Below, one piece after another: positions 11,853 to 23,705 of a stretch of 64,000 nt of DNA; position 1 is the stretch's first letter; every line of letters starts with the position of its first letter. The notes under the pieces are model-generated. The model was not told where the DNA came from. It saw nothing but the letters and a program-made list of their open reading frames with translations, and did not search any database. The position numbers and the translations under genes were made by a program. This DNA comes from Minutocellus sp. GHC0000111 (Eukaryota): NCBI GenBank assembly GCA_977018835.1, contig OZ361261.1, positions 1 to 64,000 on the forward strand, written 5' to 3'.

Positions 11853-12835
11853 ATGTCCAACAACCAATCCTTCGGAACTATAGCCGCCGCCACAGCCGGT
11901 GCAGTCGTCATCGGCGGTGCTGCTCTCTATCTCAAATCCTCATCTACAAATGAGAGCAAAGATGAGAAGCTGGCCGCCTCCCGAGCCAAGTCCGCGGCCG
12001 AATGCTTTGAGGATCACGTGGCTTCTCGTCATGGGGCCCTCCAGGAGATATGGCCGGGTGTACTCTATGTTCTAGAGGCATCGGGCTGCGACATGGGCCC
12101 ACCGACGCGAAACATGGTCATCTATCGAATCCCAGGATCAGATGGAGTCCAAAATAATAAAGAGAACCCTCTGGTATTTACAACGCTGTTGCAGTCGATG
12201 AGAACACCATGGAAGAAATCGAAGCACTGGGCAAGCCCACTGTCCTCATAGTTCCAAATTGCTACCACCGTTGCTGTGCATCTGTCTATAAGAAGCGTTA
12301 TCCGGATATCCTTGTCGCCTGCCCAGAGCCGGCACGCGAAAAGGTCTTAGAAGTCGTGGATATCGACAAGACCATTGACGAGTGGGCAAAGATGGACGAG
12401 TACTCAAAGTATGTTACCTCGAAAACGATTGATGGGTGGGGGCCATTCGAGAATGTACTAGAGCTTCAGCTGGAGGCTTCAGCAAAAGGCAAGAAGGCGG
12501 TAGTAGTGTGCGACCTACTTTTTACCGTCCCCTACAAGGACGACGCAGGACATGCCGAGCGGTTCATGACTTGGCTGTTCGATAGTTCTATTGTCCTCCC
12601 AACAGAGAAAGATGAAATCATAGTGCCAAGAGTTGCAAGATTATCTCGCATATTTGCCATTGAGGACTGGAAGAAGGCGGAGAAGTGGTATCGAACATAT
12701 GCTCGAGAAGAAGGCAAGAAAGTAGCATTGATTGTTGTTGGCCATGGGCCACCTGTTGTTGAAGTAGATACTAGAGAGGGATGCACAGTTGCCTTTGAAG
12801 GCATCGCCGATCAGCTTGTCAAGCCTCGTTGGTAA
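11853..12835 (+). CDS. Metallo-beta-lactamase-fold (DUF4336-like) protein, frameshift near 12175
   Basis: N-terminal TM; TRNMVIYR, then EIEALGKP..LIVPNCYH, VVCDL and IVVGHG motifs across two overlapping ORFs. Confidence 0.65.
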
Positions 12836-12877
12836 TTGTGCATACATCAGTAAAGTAAGAAGGATTGGCTCATAATT

Positions 12878-14395
12878 CTACAATAGCGAAACGATTATGA
12901 CTGCTGCCATACAAACATGCAAAGAAATGCCAAGATATGCACGTTGTGCGTTCGATGCATCTCCTGATTTGATTTCTTCACCGTTCTCTTCAGTATCGAA
13001 CGAGCTGCCATAACTGCCCCCTAAATCCAAATCATCGTCAGGCGTTGGCGATGGAGTGGTTGGGTTCTCATTAGCTGTTGTATCAGGTTGCATTGGACTT
13101 GGCGCTGCAGTTGGCTCCTTAGCCAACGCTGAACCCGACGTTGGCGCGCCTGTCTTCTGCCGACCGCTTGGCTCGTTGGTTTCGTCAAAGCTTCCGACAC
13201 CTGCCAGCCTGCATATTTGCTTTATCGAGTCGCAGTCGCATGAATCAAGTGACGTTGGTGGACAATCGAAGCTGACAGAAGCCTCAAACACTTTGCTAAT
13301 GACCGACGTCAGCTCGGGATGATAGTCTTCGAGCAGCTCTCGCCTCCAAATGTCATTGTGAATGCCATCTCCAGCACGACTCGAGTGCGGATAATTCACC
13401 GAGTAAAATGACTGTACTCCCTCGGCCCAAAGTTCTTCGTGATTCGTACCTGCGTAAGTGTTGGACCACAGAACGTCCTTTCCCATCTCGTAGACCATCT
13501 TGATGCGTTCGTTGAGATCAAAGTTGCCCAAGTCATCCTCGCCAAAGTCCACGTATCGCGAAGTCGCCAGCTTGCCACCACTGCCTTGCAAACTGTGCGC
13601 CACCTCGTGGATGCAAATGTTCTCATCGCGATACCGATCGCCCTGCAAGCATAATATGTTTTCTTCGGCACAAGACGAGACGGGAAGCCACTGGGTCGCA
13701 CCAAGGCCACGGTAGGCATTCCAGTCGGTGTTGGCGTCTTGTTCCAAAACCTCGTAGGCCGGAAGCTCTCGACTCCCAATAACCGCAAAATGGACCTCCT
13801 CCTCGCGCAATATCTGCAACAAATGAGGCTGCTTGGCCGATAACTTGGCCAGCGTGAGGGCCGCCTCCTGCAAAGCTGCGTTGCTGACGTCCCTGGAGCT
13901 GACCACGGGGACGCCGCCGACGTCAATCGCCTTGGAGTAGAAATTTTTAGCGGTCAGCCGATCGTGATAACGACTGTCTGGTGGCAAGGTGGAGAGAAAG
14001 GTCGTCAGTGTCTGCGGGTTGGGACCAAAGCAGCACTGCCCACAAGATACGACGTCGGCACCGTTGGTGTTGATGGGCCGGGACGAGCGAGGTCGAAGGG
14101 GAGGCGCAGAGGTGCCATTGACGTTGACGTTGCAGCTGTAGGGCAAGTACGGCTTGTCAGGCAGGTGCTCCGGCGGAGGCAGGGCCAACTCATCCGCAGC
14201 GTTTATGCCGGGGCTGCTGCTGGTGGTGGTGGTGGTGGTGATCGTAGGGCCTGCCTCTGTTTCTGCTCTTGCGCCGGCGCCGGCGGCAGCCATGCAAACG
14301 CAGCATGATAGGGCGACATAATATGTCTTCATCGATAGCTTCAAAGAGCGCATCTCCGATCTTGGCCGGCGTCGCTGCCGCTGTTCGTTCGTCAT
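12878..14395 (-). CDS. Secreted or surface zinc metallopeptidase-like protein (HExxH)
   Basis: Signal peptide; ICIHEVAH; downstream YAGTNHEELWAEGVQSFY; Pro/Thr stalk; hydrophobic GPI-like C-terminus. Confidence 0.75.
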   Translation of the reverse strand: MTNEQRQRRRPRSEMRSLKLSMKTYYVALSCCVCMAAAGAGARAETEAGPTITTTTTTSSSPGINAADELALPPPEHLPDKPYLPYSCNVNVNGTSAPPLRPRSSRPINTNGADVVSCGQCCFGPNPQTLTTFLSTLPPDSRYHDRLTAKNFYSKAIDVGGVPVVSSRDVSNAALQEAALTLAKLSAKQPHLLQILREEEVHFAVIGSRELPAYEVLEQDANTDWNAYRGLGATQWLPVSSCAEENILCLQGDRYRDENICIHEVAHSLQGSGGKLATSRYVDFGEDDLGNFDLNERIKMVYEMGKDVLWSNTYAGTNHEELWAEGVQSFYSVNYPHSSRAGDGIHNDIWRRELLEDYHPELTSVISKVFEASVSFDCPPTSLDSCDCDSIKQICRLAGVGSFDETNEPSGRQKTGAPTSGSALAKEPTAAPSPMQPDTTANENPTTPSPTPDDDLDLGGSYGSSFDTEENGEEIKSGDASNAQRAYLGISLHVCMAAVIIVSLL

Positions 14396-14926
14396 CGTGG
14401 TACGATTGTAGCAAAATGACTTGCTTTCCAGGACTGGCTATGGCGCCATGGCGCATCGCGGGCATCGCGGGAGTCAGTCAGACGACGGCCAGACCAACGA
14501 TCTTGTGCTGCTTGCGATTGCGCGTGCTTGAGTGTTGTGTGTTGTTAGATACTGGGTGGCTGGGCAGGAGCCGATCTATCGACGGATACGGCGGCATGAT
14601 ACAATGGGGGTCCTCGTCATCGGCGCTGCATTGTTGGTTATTATGGCAACGTCTTTGGCATTGCATCATGTGCTGGTCTCAAGCAAATTAGATCGCTTCA
14701 TCATGCAGATGGCTTTGCTCCCTTCTTCCACGCTCGGACGTCAGCACCAAAGATGACGCCAGAGCCGATGTTTCTCCACGCCACGTTGGCCGACAGCTAT
14801 GCTACGCACGTATGGCGATGACGAGCCTCGCTTCCTGTCCATTCACGTCATTATCAAAACTTTTGATGCAGTGCATTTGCCACGATCGAACAATCCTCCG
14901 TCCTTGTTCGGTACCATACTGCAGTG

Positions 14927-16487
14927 ATGCCGCCCACTTCTCCTGACCAAAAGTCGCCACCTACAATCAACGCCGAAGCGCCAGGCAACTGCGGCAGCGG
15001 CCAAGTTGAACTCTCACCAAAGCAGCAAAAGAACGCCCGAAACATGGAATTGGGAATGAAAGAAGAACATTTGCACGACACTCTTCGTCAGGCAGACCAA
15101 GAAATTCTATTCGGCGTTGCCTCCAGCAGCGAAGATGAGGATGACCTATCGTCGATTCCCATCAACGTGAGAGATGTACGCTACCGAAACTTGCACAATT
15201 TTCTCCACGGCCCTGCCATGAATCTTGTGGTAACCGGCCTTGCTGCCTTGGTTATCGGCTTTGGTATCGGTACTGCCACGCAGAACTGGCATATCTTCCC
15301 AAGGGATGCCATCGGTGTCGCTTAGGGCTCTGATTCTGCATCTCCTGCCGATGCAATCATGGATGGCTTTGGTGCCCCTCCGAGGTATCACCACAACATC
15401 ACCGTCATCCCACGACCACCACTATCGCAACTGATTCGCAACAACACAATTGTTGGGGACGTAAGCTGGGAACTCGACTTTGCCGTCATCGGCTTTCCAA
15501 AGGTATGTGTCATGGTCCACCATAAGTCTCACGCTCATCCTCCTACAAACAATGTATCATCTTCCGACCCCACGCTTACTTTTTCCTTCAGTGCGGCACT
15601 TCATATCTCATGAGATACCTGAAAGGGGAGAAGAGCTTTATCTCAACGACCACGAGCTTTGCACTCTGACGTTCAACGATCCTACGAGGCTGGTCAAGAT
15701 GTATCACGGCCTTGATCGCATCACGGCGGACGGCCAGCGAAGGATCAAGGTCGGTCTCAAATGTCCCAAGGATAGCGAGTCGGATTGGGGGCTGCAGCAC
15801 TACTCGACTTACTGGCCCAATACCGACTTTATTGTTACTATGAGGCATCCCGTGTGGTGGTTTCAATCATTTTATAATTACCGTTCGTACCAGCACTACC
15901 CCCGAAGAATGCACGATCCTTTGGATCTCATTGGTCCCTGTCGCGACGACCATCCTGGTCAGATTTGCGCACACAAGGTCTCCCCAAAGGAGGAATGCAC
16001 AAACCAAAACGTTTGCACAGATCGGGCCAACTTTCACTATCCTCTATCTCGTCTACAGAAAACGCCCATGAACACGACCAGAGAGCTCGAATTGCTCGCT
16101 GGTCGGACTATGGACACGATGAGTGGTCTAAAGGGTCGAGTATTTCTAATGGAGGTGGGATATCTTCGTCTGGAGGGATCAGAACAAGCTCAATTCATTC
16201 GCGACCTGAGCAACTTTCTGGGCATGGAGAAGCCTTTACCACCCTTCCCTCCCCATACTAGAGAATTCAAGTACGAGGTTGAAGAGCGAAGACAAGACTT
16301 TATCGACATTTGCGACGACAAGTTCACCCCCCTGAGAGCAGAGCTCATAAAGGGTGGCAGGGCCACGTCGGAATGGCTGCGAGACTTCTTCCTCGAGAGC
16401 GACGAAGTGATTGTCAGCCAGAGGCATATCTTCCTTGAACTCATCTCAAAGTGGTCAATCGATCCCTGTGAGAATGTTGAGGCCTGA
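14927..16487 (+). CDS. Type II membrane sulfotransferase-like protein (intron 15503-15591; frameshifts near 15320 and 15625)
   Basis: Splicing gives LDFAVIGFPK-CGT (5'-PSB); GLKCP and MRHPVWWFQSFYNYR (3'-PB) motifs; TM near the N-terminus. Confidence 0.75.
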
Positions 16488-16602
16488 TCTTCAATAGTTA
16501 CGTGCAATAGCTACTACGTACGTAGCTAGGCCTAAAATCAATTGTACTCAAGATAAATACAACATGAAGTGCTAGATTAAATGCGATGCATGGTCGATAT
16601 CT

Positions 16603-17394
16603 CTATGCGGTCTTAGCGGCCTTTTGGCACTGGCGGATGCTGCTAGGAGGAGTAGGCTGACGACTTTCTCCTCCGAATGATAGCTTGGATGTAAGCTGCA
16701 TTTCCAGGGCTGTGAGATTCTGCTGGAGCATCTCGTTGGCCTTTTGACGACGGTGTCGGTGAGCGTGTGAGTGGTTGCTCCGGTCCATGTCTTCCGACAT
16801 TTCATCTGTGTCTGTCGGAGGTGTTTGAGAACGGTATAGCGCTCGCCTCTTGTCGGTAGAAGAAGAAGAAGATGACGAAGATTGTGCCGAGTTTGACCTC
16901 TTCATCTTCATGGTAGGAACGACGTGGTTGAGAACGTATCGGAGATCGCCAGATGCAATCTCGATGGCTCTGTCTCGTGCATATTTCGTAGCATGTAGAG
17001 AAGCACTAGCGATAAGGTCCGGTTCCTCTTCGCCCATCTGGTGCTGTCGCTCTTGCTCGACCAGGACGGCGCGAACAGCCCGTTTACGTCTGGCCTTCTT
17101 TTCCCTAGATGCATCGGAAGTGACCATGTGCTCGATCCCGCGAAAACAGGTGGCGTCATCGGTGGACTCGTCTTCTCTTCCAGAGAGGATCTCTTTGATG
17201 GAATATCCCTTCTTGTAAAGACGGCGCATGATAACGACGTCAGAGACGACGGCATCACGGGACGCTTCTTCCTCTTCATCTTGCAACCAGAGTTGATGAA
17301 TCTGTTTTTGGGTAAATTCGGAAAGGCCCGGGACGAGGTAGATCCGTGCCGATGGGGCGAAGCTGACTTCCTTTGGCAATCTCGGCGGCGACAT
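16603..17394 (-). CDS. Uncharacterised family protein (VxF...RGIEH...EQERQ), paralog 1
   Basis: Shares motifs with 27861-28700 and 33123-33890. Confidence 0.75.
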   Translation of the reverse strand: MSPPRLPKEVSFAPSARIYLVPGLSEFTQKQIHQLWLQDEEEEASRDAVVSDVVIMRRLYKKGYSIKEILSGREDESTDDATCFRGIEHMVTSDASREKKARRKRAVRAVLVEQERQHQMGEEEPDLIASASLHATKYARDRAIEIASGDLRYVLNHVVPTMKMKRSNSAQSSSSSSSSTDKRRALYRSQTPPTDTDEMSEDMDRSNHSHAHRHRRQKANEMLQQNLTALEMQLTSKLSFGGESRQPTPPSSIRQCQKAAKTA

Positions 17395-17965
17395 GTTGGC
17401 AGAGGTTGGTTGGAAGATAGATCGATCAAGACCTGGGCGCAATTGCAATTGCAATGTTGTGTTGAATGTGAGAGCGAGATACTGTATGGTACTGTATGGC
17501 TCAAATGCACAAAAATAGGCCGAGAGCTAAACGATTACGACCAGGCCAAGGGCTAAATTATGCTCCCTCCCCTTCAAGAATTCACCGAATTCTGACAATG
17601 AAAACGTCGCAAGGTGAACGTTACTTAGAGATCATTTGAGTTCGGCGGAAGATTCTTTGTGTTTGTTTCGGATTACGATTAACGCACCTTAAGATACGGC
17701 CACGCAACACACACCTATTGCCTATTTTGATCGTTGTGCGGCGTTGTGTGTTTGGCTGCGTGGCACGCACGGCGAAGGCGTGCGTGGACTTCGCTTTTAC
17801 CTTTTTCTTCAATTATGCCAACATCGAGGCCTACCGACACCCGGCAATGTCGGGGGGCTGTTGATCATGCGAAAAATACATTGAAAGAAACTCCTCAAAA
17901 GACACAGAAAGTCATTACGACCAGCTCTAACGGGACCAACTCTCAAGGCCGGGCAAGCAGTGCTG

Positions 17966-18603
17966 CCGGTAGATCTACCATACATGCTAGGGCGGGAACA
18001 TACTCTTCAATAAAAATAGTTGAAGCGTTTAGTGCTGAGTGTCTCTTACCATACAAAACGCTGGCAAAACCCAACACATCTCGAAAATGAGCCAAGGCGA
18101 TGGCAAAGAGGCAGCAAAATGGAGGGCGGCGGACAATTCCACAACAATCAACCAATGGCAGGTGCCTTCAAATGTATGATGGACGATATGGAGCGGCGGC
18201 GGCGCGAGGAGACGCGGCGAAAGCATATCATTTCGCATTTTTCGTCACTTTTCCGGTCGTCAGTGACCGCCTGGGCACCGGAAATGGTACAAGATACCGT
18301 TGTTTTGGACGCATATCGACTCGGAATCCCGGACCACCGCACCGAATGTTTCAGTATGGTTCATGAGAGAAGTAACATCGAAAGAACGAGGCGTTTTGGT
18401 GCTCAGTAGCCTCAGAAGTGCCCGATCGTAGCTCACGGTCTACTACTACGTGTAGTTTGTTAGTGAAAAAATTAGTTGAAGCGTTTGTCTAATTGAAGAG
18501 TTTGTTCCCGTACTAGCATGTAACTTTAAATTCCCTCAATAACCTACGAAAAGTAAAGATCTAGCAGCTAGCGGACCTGCATCTATACCGGGTGATCTAC
18601 CGG
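17966..18603. mobile_element. Degenerate MITE-like / inverted-repeat element
   Basis: 31-bp inverted repeat 17981-18011 vs 18492-18522 (3 mismatches); outer ccggtagatc/gatctaccgg pair; direct repeat tagttgaagcgttt at 18017 and 18473. Confidence 0.5.
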
Positions 18604-18639
18604 TAGGGATCCCTACAGCACCCTTGGCGAAACAGTGCA

Positions 18640-20664
18640 TCAAATGATTTCCCTCAAAATCTCCTTCGTCAATACGTCTTGATTTGGGAAATATCTCCCG
18701 ACTTGTTCTCGTTTCCAGTACAGTGGCTTGCCATTCTCGTCCTTCAAGCTCTTGTCGTAGTTAAAGTGATAACGATATTTCTCGATTCGAATGTATTTTG
18801 GTCCTCTTGTCCTTACCTCGCCTCCACTGCTATTGTCATAATTGGAATCATCGCATGGACCTGATAAATCGTCGTTAGATTCGCTTGGCCCCTCCTCATT
18901 ATTTTCATCGTTCTTTTCATTCGACCAAGGATCACCGTCCAATAAAGATAAAACGCCTTCATCTTGCTCCAATAATTTGAGGAGCAACTTGAGCAACCAC
19001 GGTGAACGCTCTATCCCACCGCACACACAAGCTATCCACATGAGCCAGTCAAGCCGATAGTGATAGGGACTGATCCAAGGGCATGGTCTGGTAAGTGGGC
19101 CTGGTTTTACCTTGAAGACATACTCCCGCCATGGTCCAGCAACATTGTCGGCTGATTCAATTATAAGCTCCTCCCTCACTTCACTAACCGACCCGAAGGC
19201 ACCATATGTATTGACAAGCCGATACCTATCGAACGAACCATTCATTATTTGTCTCTTGGCGAGCAAGTTTTGTACAACAGGGATGCTGAGTTTCGCAATG
19301 AGAGCTGCAAAGACCACCGAGACAATATTACGTGCAATCGGCACTGATCTTCCTATAGATGGCGCTATCGCTGCGGAATAAGCCACCACTGCCTCTGCAC
19401 TTGTCTTTAACGGATAAAATAGCTTCATCAGAAAGGCATCGTCAAGACACCATATTGCTGGGACCGCCGTCAACCAGTTAAGAAAACTCAGATTTCCAGA
19501 TGAGATGAGAACGTTCTGGAAAACTAGCTGGATAAGTCCCCCGGCAATTCTCCATTGTCGCGGCAAACCCGGAATGATTAGAAGCCAAGGGGCTACCAAT
19601 TCAACGAAATGGTTGGTGAGAACTTCAAATTTATGCCACGCCTTTGGAGCCGCGTGAAAGTATTTGGTAAAGGGATTAGGAACGGGCTGGGTTTCGTAGA
19701 ACACGTCCATGGCAGTTAGATCGCGCCATTTTTTGTCGTAGCTTTTGATTTTGATTAGTCCTGCACCGAGCATAATCCGAAACAAATGCCACCGCATCGT
19801 CCAGATAACAAGCGTTGGCACCGGAGTAGATGTTGGTATTGCCTTGAGGCTCAGCAGTGGAACGAGAAACATGGCATGGAATCCGAGCTCGGCCAACTGT
19901 GGCTCCCAACCGAAGCCATACCAGGCGTTTCCCACAGCCATTATGGACCTCTGACAAAGCCACAAGGCAAAGAGAATCGGAACATTTGCTGCACCAGTCG
20001 TCAGCAAAAAAGCTGACATTGCAATGCCCGCTTTTGCTATTCCGTCTAACCACGGATCGATCTTTTGTTTGTTTTTTGCCAGATAAAGTAAGCTGAGCAA
20101 CGGTCGGTCCATTCGATCAGAGCGATCGTAAAGAGCCTCGCGAAGATTACAGAATGTAGCGCTCCCATCCAAGGCATCTTCTGCCTTTCGATATGGCCTT
20201 GTGTTTCGGAACCAATACCAAACTGGATTCATTTCATCTTTGTCTCCAAGTTTGGGGTAATTTTGTCTCTGCCGCAACCACTCTTCGCGACGGCGCCGCT
20301 TCATCTTTCCTCGTTCGTATGAAGATTGTAAGATATGTCTCGCCGGCGTAATGCCGTTATCGCCAATCAAGGCCTTGTTCTGATGAAGCGCGACGAGAAA
20401 GGCAGTGCCATAGACGAAACCTAATGCACGAAGGAAAATGGATCTCGTGAGCCAGTAGGATCCAGCACCGACGGGAGAAGAAGAGGCAGCAGCAACAGAA
20501 GCCACACCGCTGACACCAAGTTTGGTTGGCGAAAACATGCTACTTTTGCCAGTAGTACTACGTGAGTTCTGGTTGTGCTCAGCAGACGACGCTACAGTGA
20601 CTGCTGTGGGCAGAGCAAATGCCTCGATCGGTGAAAGAATCACGGACAAGGAAAGTAAGGACAA
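18640..20664 (-). CDS. LMF1: Lipase maturation factor family protein (true start possibly ATG 20716 via frameshift)
   Basis: WYGFGWE..LAELGF, FRIMLGAGLIK, FYETQPVPNP, SGNLSFLNWLT, VNTYGAFG and SPYHYRLDWLMW motifs. Confidence 0.92.
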   Translation of the reverse strand: MSLLSLSVILSPIEAFALPTAVTVASSAEHNQNSRSTTGKSSMFSPTKLGVSGVASVAAASSSPVGAGSYWLTRSIFLRALGFVYGTAFLVALHQNKALIGDNGITPARHILQSSYERGKMKRRRREEWLRQRQNYPKLGDKDEMNPVWYWFRNTRPYRKAEDALDGSATFCNLREALYDRSDRMDRPLLSLLYLAKNKQKIDPWLDGIAKAGIAMSAFLLTTGAANVPILFALWLCQRSIMAVGNAWYGFGWEPQLAELGFHAMFLVPLLSLKAIPTSTPVPTLVIWTMRWHLFRIMLGAGLIKIKSYDKKWRDLTAMDVFYETQPVPNPFTKYFHAAPKAWHKFEVLTNHFVELVAPWLLIIPGLPRQWRIAGGLIQLVFQNVLISSGNLSFLNWLTAVPAIWCLDDAFLMKLFYPLKTSAEAVVAYSAAIAPSIGRSVPIARNIVSVVFAALIAKLSIPVVQNLLAKRQIMNGSFDRYRLVNTYGAFGSVSEVREELIIESADNVAGPWREYVFKVKPGPLTRPCPWISPYHYRLDWLMWIACVCGGIERSPWLLKLLLKLLEQDEGVLSLLDGDPWSNEKNDENNEEGPSESNDDLSGPCDDSNYDNSSGGEVRTRGPKYIRIEKYRYHFNYDKSLKDENGKPLYWKREQVGRYFPNQDVLTKEILREII

Positions 20665-21181
20665 GTAACGTCGCGACGAATCGCCGTCGTTTTCGGTGAT
20701 GCACCATCGTTCTCATCAATGAAGAATCTGTGGCGGTTAGAGTCCGAGGTGGGGCCAAAAAGTTGAGCTGGCAAGTTCCCCGAGTCCGGCATAGGCATAT
20801 CAACTATCGATTTTGAGAGCCTTCAAGAGAGAGAGAGAGAGAGAGCATCAGAGGCAGTTCATGACGACTCCATACTACACACATAGTAATCCGAACTAAA
20901 AGCCTATTGAAAACTAATATGCAGGTAGATTTCTATTATTTGCAGTTTATTCGCTCATACATGTAGAAGTGAAAGGCGGAAGCAAAAAGCAAAAGCGGCA
21001 AACCAAATTGCTTGACCGACAACCTCCAATCGAGTTCCATATTTGAGTTTCAACGGGCTTCAATGCGCGTATTGGCTCCATCCCAAAATGAAATTCGTTC
21101 GCCGCTTGCTCACCGCAATTTATATCACGATTTACTTCCTTTCATTTCTTCTTTTCATTCTCACAAAACAAACTCCAGAGT

Positions 21182-21787
21182 TTACCTTGCGAGCATCCGT
21201 GCGTAGTACTGGTCGTACTCGGCCTTGCTGATCAGCCCATTGGAATCGGGGTCAAAGTCCTCAAATCGGGGGAACTGCGATGCCATCTCGGGATGCTTGG
21301 CCAGATAGTTGTTCTTGTACATGTTGAACTCCGCCCGGCTGACCTTGTTGTCGTTGTTGGTGTCGGCGGCGGCGAACTCACCGTCGAGCTGATCGAGCGT
21401 GACCTGATCGACGTACTGGGCGAGCTCGGCATTCTGCTGCTGCAGGGCCATCACGTCCTTGTAGTACTGCAGGTACAGCTCCTTCTGCTCCTTCTTGAAC
21501 TTCTTGGACACCTTGGCCACGGCCCGCTTGGAGTGGATCTTGCCCCCGAGGAACCAGGACCCGGCGCAGAAGGCCAGGGTCTTGCCCATCCCCGGACCGC
21601 CGCCACCACCGCCGGCCTCCTTGGCGGCCTGGCGGTTGGCGTAGTCGGCGTACAGATTGTCCTGGCCGTAGCGATCGTCGGCATAGTCTTGGTAGTCCTC
21701 GCCTCCGCCCTGCTCGTCGTAATATTGACCTCGTGCGAGCTGACATATCAAAAGTAGGCAAAGTGCACGTCGCATAATGACATTCAT
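21182..21787 (-). CDS. EF-hand calcium-binding protein with signal peptide
   Basis: DTNNDNKVSRAEF and DPDSNGLISKAEY loops. Confidence 0.85.
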   Translation of the reverse strand: MNVIMRRALCLLLICQLARGQYYDEQGGGEDYQDYADDRYGQDNLYADYANRQAAKEAGGGGGGPGMGKTLAFCAGSWFLGGKIHSKRAVAKVSKKFKKEQKELYLQYYKDVMALQQQNAELAQYVDQVTLDQLDGEFAAADTNNDNKVSRAEFNMYKNNYLAKHPEMASQFPRFEDFDPDSNGLISKAEYDQYYARMLAR

Positions 21788-22036
21788 GATTGCGATTGGG
21801 CTTTAGGGATTGGATATAGCTGATGCGTAGGATGTGTCGACTGGACACAAGAGAAAGAGAAAGATGCCGCCGATTCGAATGCTCGTGCTGGCCTACTGGA
21901 GGAGCGAGTTTTGAGCGGGATAGACCGACCGCTGTCTGCAGGTTCAACAAACGTCATTCCACCTGGAGCGCGCGCGCTGTTGGCGAAAACGTGGTAACGA
22001 CGGCCAGACGAACAAGATGTTTCTGAGGCATCAGCA

Positions 22037-22738
22037 ATGAAACCATTTGAATGCAAGACAAAAAGATACGAGTCGTACGCGGCCAACAAGATGTGTGCCT
22101 TTGTCTCCACTGGTCTATCTCGCGTAGCGGAGGCAACTCTAGCCAAACCGACACTGCAAGGCGTGCTAGTCTCTTGGTACGGTCTGGTAGCGGTTGGTCT
22201 GTCAGCTGCAACACTTTCATCCTTGGGACACACCAGCTCTTTCCTTAGCAGATGTAGAGGTGAAGCATCCACCTCTTCGGAGCCGCATCAACATCCCAGC
22301 TCGACGAGATTCCTCAAAACGCTGTGCAGATGCCTTATTGTGCCAGCGTATGCTGAGGAGGCCTTTTGGAGATGCCTCGTGCACCCCCGTCCAACAACTC
22401 TTTCTGCTTTTACATGGGCTACAATTCTACAGATCTTGACGATCAACACGGTATTTACAGCATACCATCCCATCGTCGGCACCATCGTGTGGGAATATCT
22501 CCCAACAAAGCTGGGCCTGCCTTCTATTCACCGTCCAGGAGTATCGCGAATATTCTCCGACCCAGCCTTCTTGATCCTCACTTTCATTCTGGGAAATGCC
22601 TGTACTGCTGCCTACATGATGAGCGGTGGCGGTCTCTATGCGCCAGTTTTCATTCATGGGGTTGCCGTCGCAGTGTGGCTTGAAGTGCTCGGTGGAGCAG
22701 AGGCTCTAAGAATTCACAAATTGAAGGAAGGTGAATGA
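22037..22738 (+). CDS. CPBP/Abi (CAAX prenyl protease 2-like) membrane metalloprotease
   Basis: EExxxR (AEEAFWR), FxxxH (FTAYH) and terminal IH motifs; several TM helices. Confidence 0.8.
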   Translation: MKPFECKTKRYESYAANKMCAFVSTGLSRVAEATLAKPTLQGVLVSWYGLVAVGLSAATLSSLGHTSSFLSRCRGEASTSSEPHQHPSSTRFLKTLCRCLIVPAYAEEAFWRCLVHPRPTTLSAFTWATILQILTINTVFTAYHPIVGTIVWEYLPTKLGLPSIHRPGVSRIFSDPAFLILTFILGNACTAAYMMSGGGLYAPVFIHGVAVAVWLEVLGGAEALRIHKLKEGE

Positions 22739-22835
22739 TGTTCTACCTGAAAGTCCAAAAGGGAGAGGGAAATTTGTATGTGCCGAGTCTCATGTTTGGC
22801 GAGCGCCGGTACATAAAAATCTTTCGCTGATACAC

Positions 22836-23705
22836 ATGGCCAACCCAGAATGCAACAATACCAAACATTATGCATACGAATGTTTTAGCTTCGTTACTAT
22901 GATACCCGTGGACAAAGCCCTCAATTTGGTAGCTTCATCAGCCACTTTGGCTTGGCCATTCATGTCTACATGCCTTCTTTGGTGGTCGTCTGCATCACGA
23001 ATTCAAGCGATCCTTGCCATTTTCATTTCAGCTTTTATTCACAAAGGATCTCAGACGTTTTCCGTCGGTCCACCAAAGTCTATGCAGCATGTCGTTTGTG
23101 CCCTCGGTGCCAAGCTATTGATAACGGGAATACATTCTATCATATTCCGACTCGGGCCATCCTCATGCGCAGTCGCATGGTTATCCCGCATCTTCACCGT
23201 CCTTGCCGCTGGATGTTTCCTCCTTGGAATCAGACAAGGGACACTTATGTACAAGGAACAATGGCGAGATTCCACTTACACCAAGAGTAAACAGCCCTCA
23301 GGAAGGAAAGATAATGCTAAAAAGAAGGCTGTTGCTAAACCAGAAAAGGAAACAATCAATGTCATCCTGTTCGAGAGTGTGTATGATATCACCGACGTCA
23401 TCAGTCGCATTTTCCGCCGAGGCCAGGCAGGCGTGATAATCACCGATGTCTCTACTGAAAGATCCATTACGATTGAATTTTACTGGCACAGATCCAGACA
23501 TGCCAATGGCGTCAACATTGAATTTGCCGCCAGCGCCACGGTTGAGGCGGCGATGGATTTTACCATCGCAAATTCTTTAAAGTATGAACACATTCTTCTG
23601 GAGAGGACGGTTTTCCGCAATTTTCTTTTATTCCTCCACCAACACGCCAACGAGACCAACGAAGTTTCGTCCGGCCGGCGTGTTTATCGAGGTATCCTTC
23701 CATGA
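22836..23705 (+). CDS. Hypothetical membrane protein
   Basis: Long ORF with several hydrophobic segments followed by a soluble domain; start uncertain. Confidence 0.45.
   Translation: MANPECNNTKHYAYECFSFVTMIPVDKALNLVASSATLAWPFMSTCLLWWSSASRIQAILAIFISAFIHKGSQTFSVGPPKSMQHVVCALGAKLLITGIHSIIFRLGPSSCAVAWLSRIFTVLAAGCFLLGIRQGTLMYKEQWRDSTYTKSKQPSGRKDNAKKKAVAKPEKETINVILFESVYDITDVISRIFRRGQAGVIITDVSTERSITIEFYWHRSRHANGVNIEFAASATVEAAMDFTIANSLKYEHILLERTVFRNFLLFLHQHANETNEVSSGRRVYRGILP

Noticed and set aside
20826..20844. (GA)n microsatellite
   Set aside because: Ordinary simple repeat.
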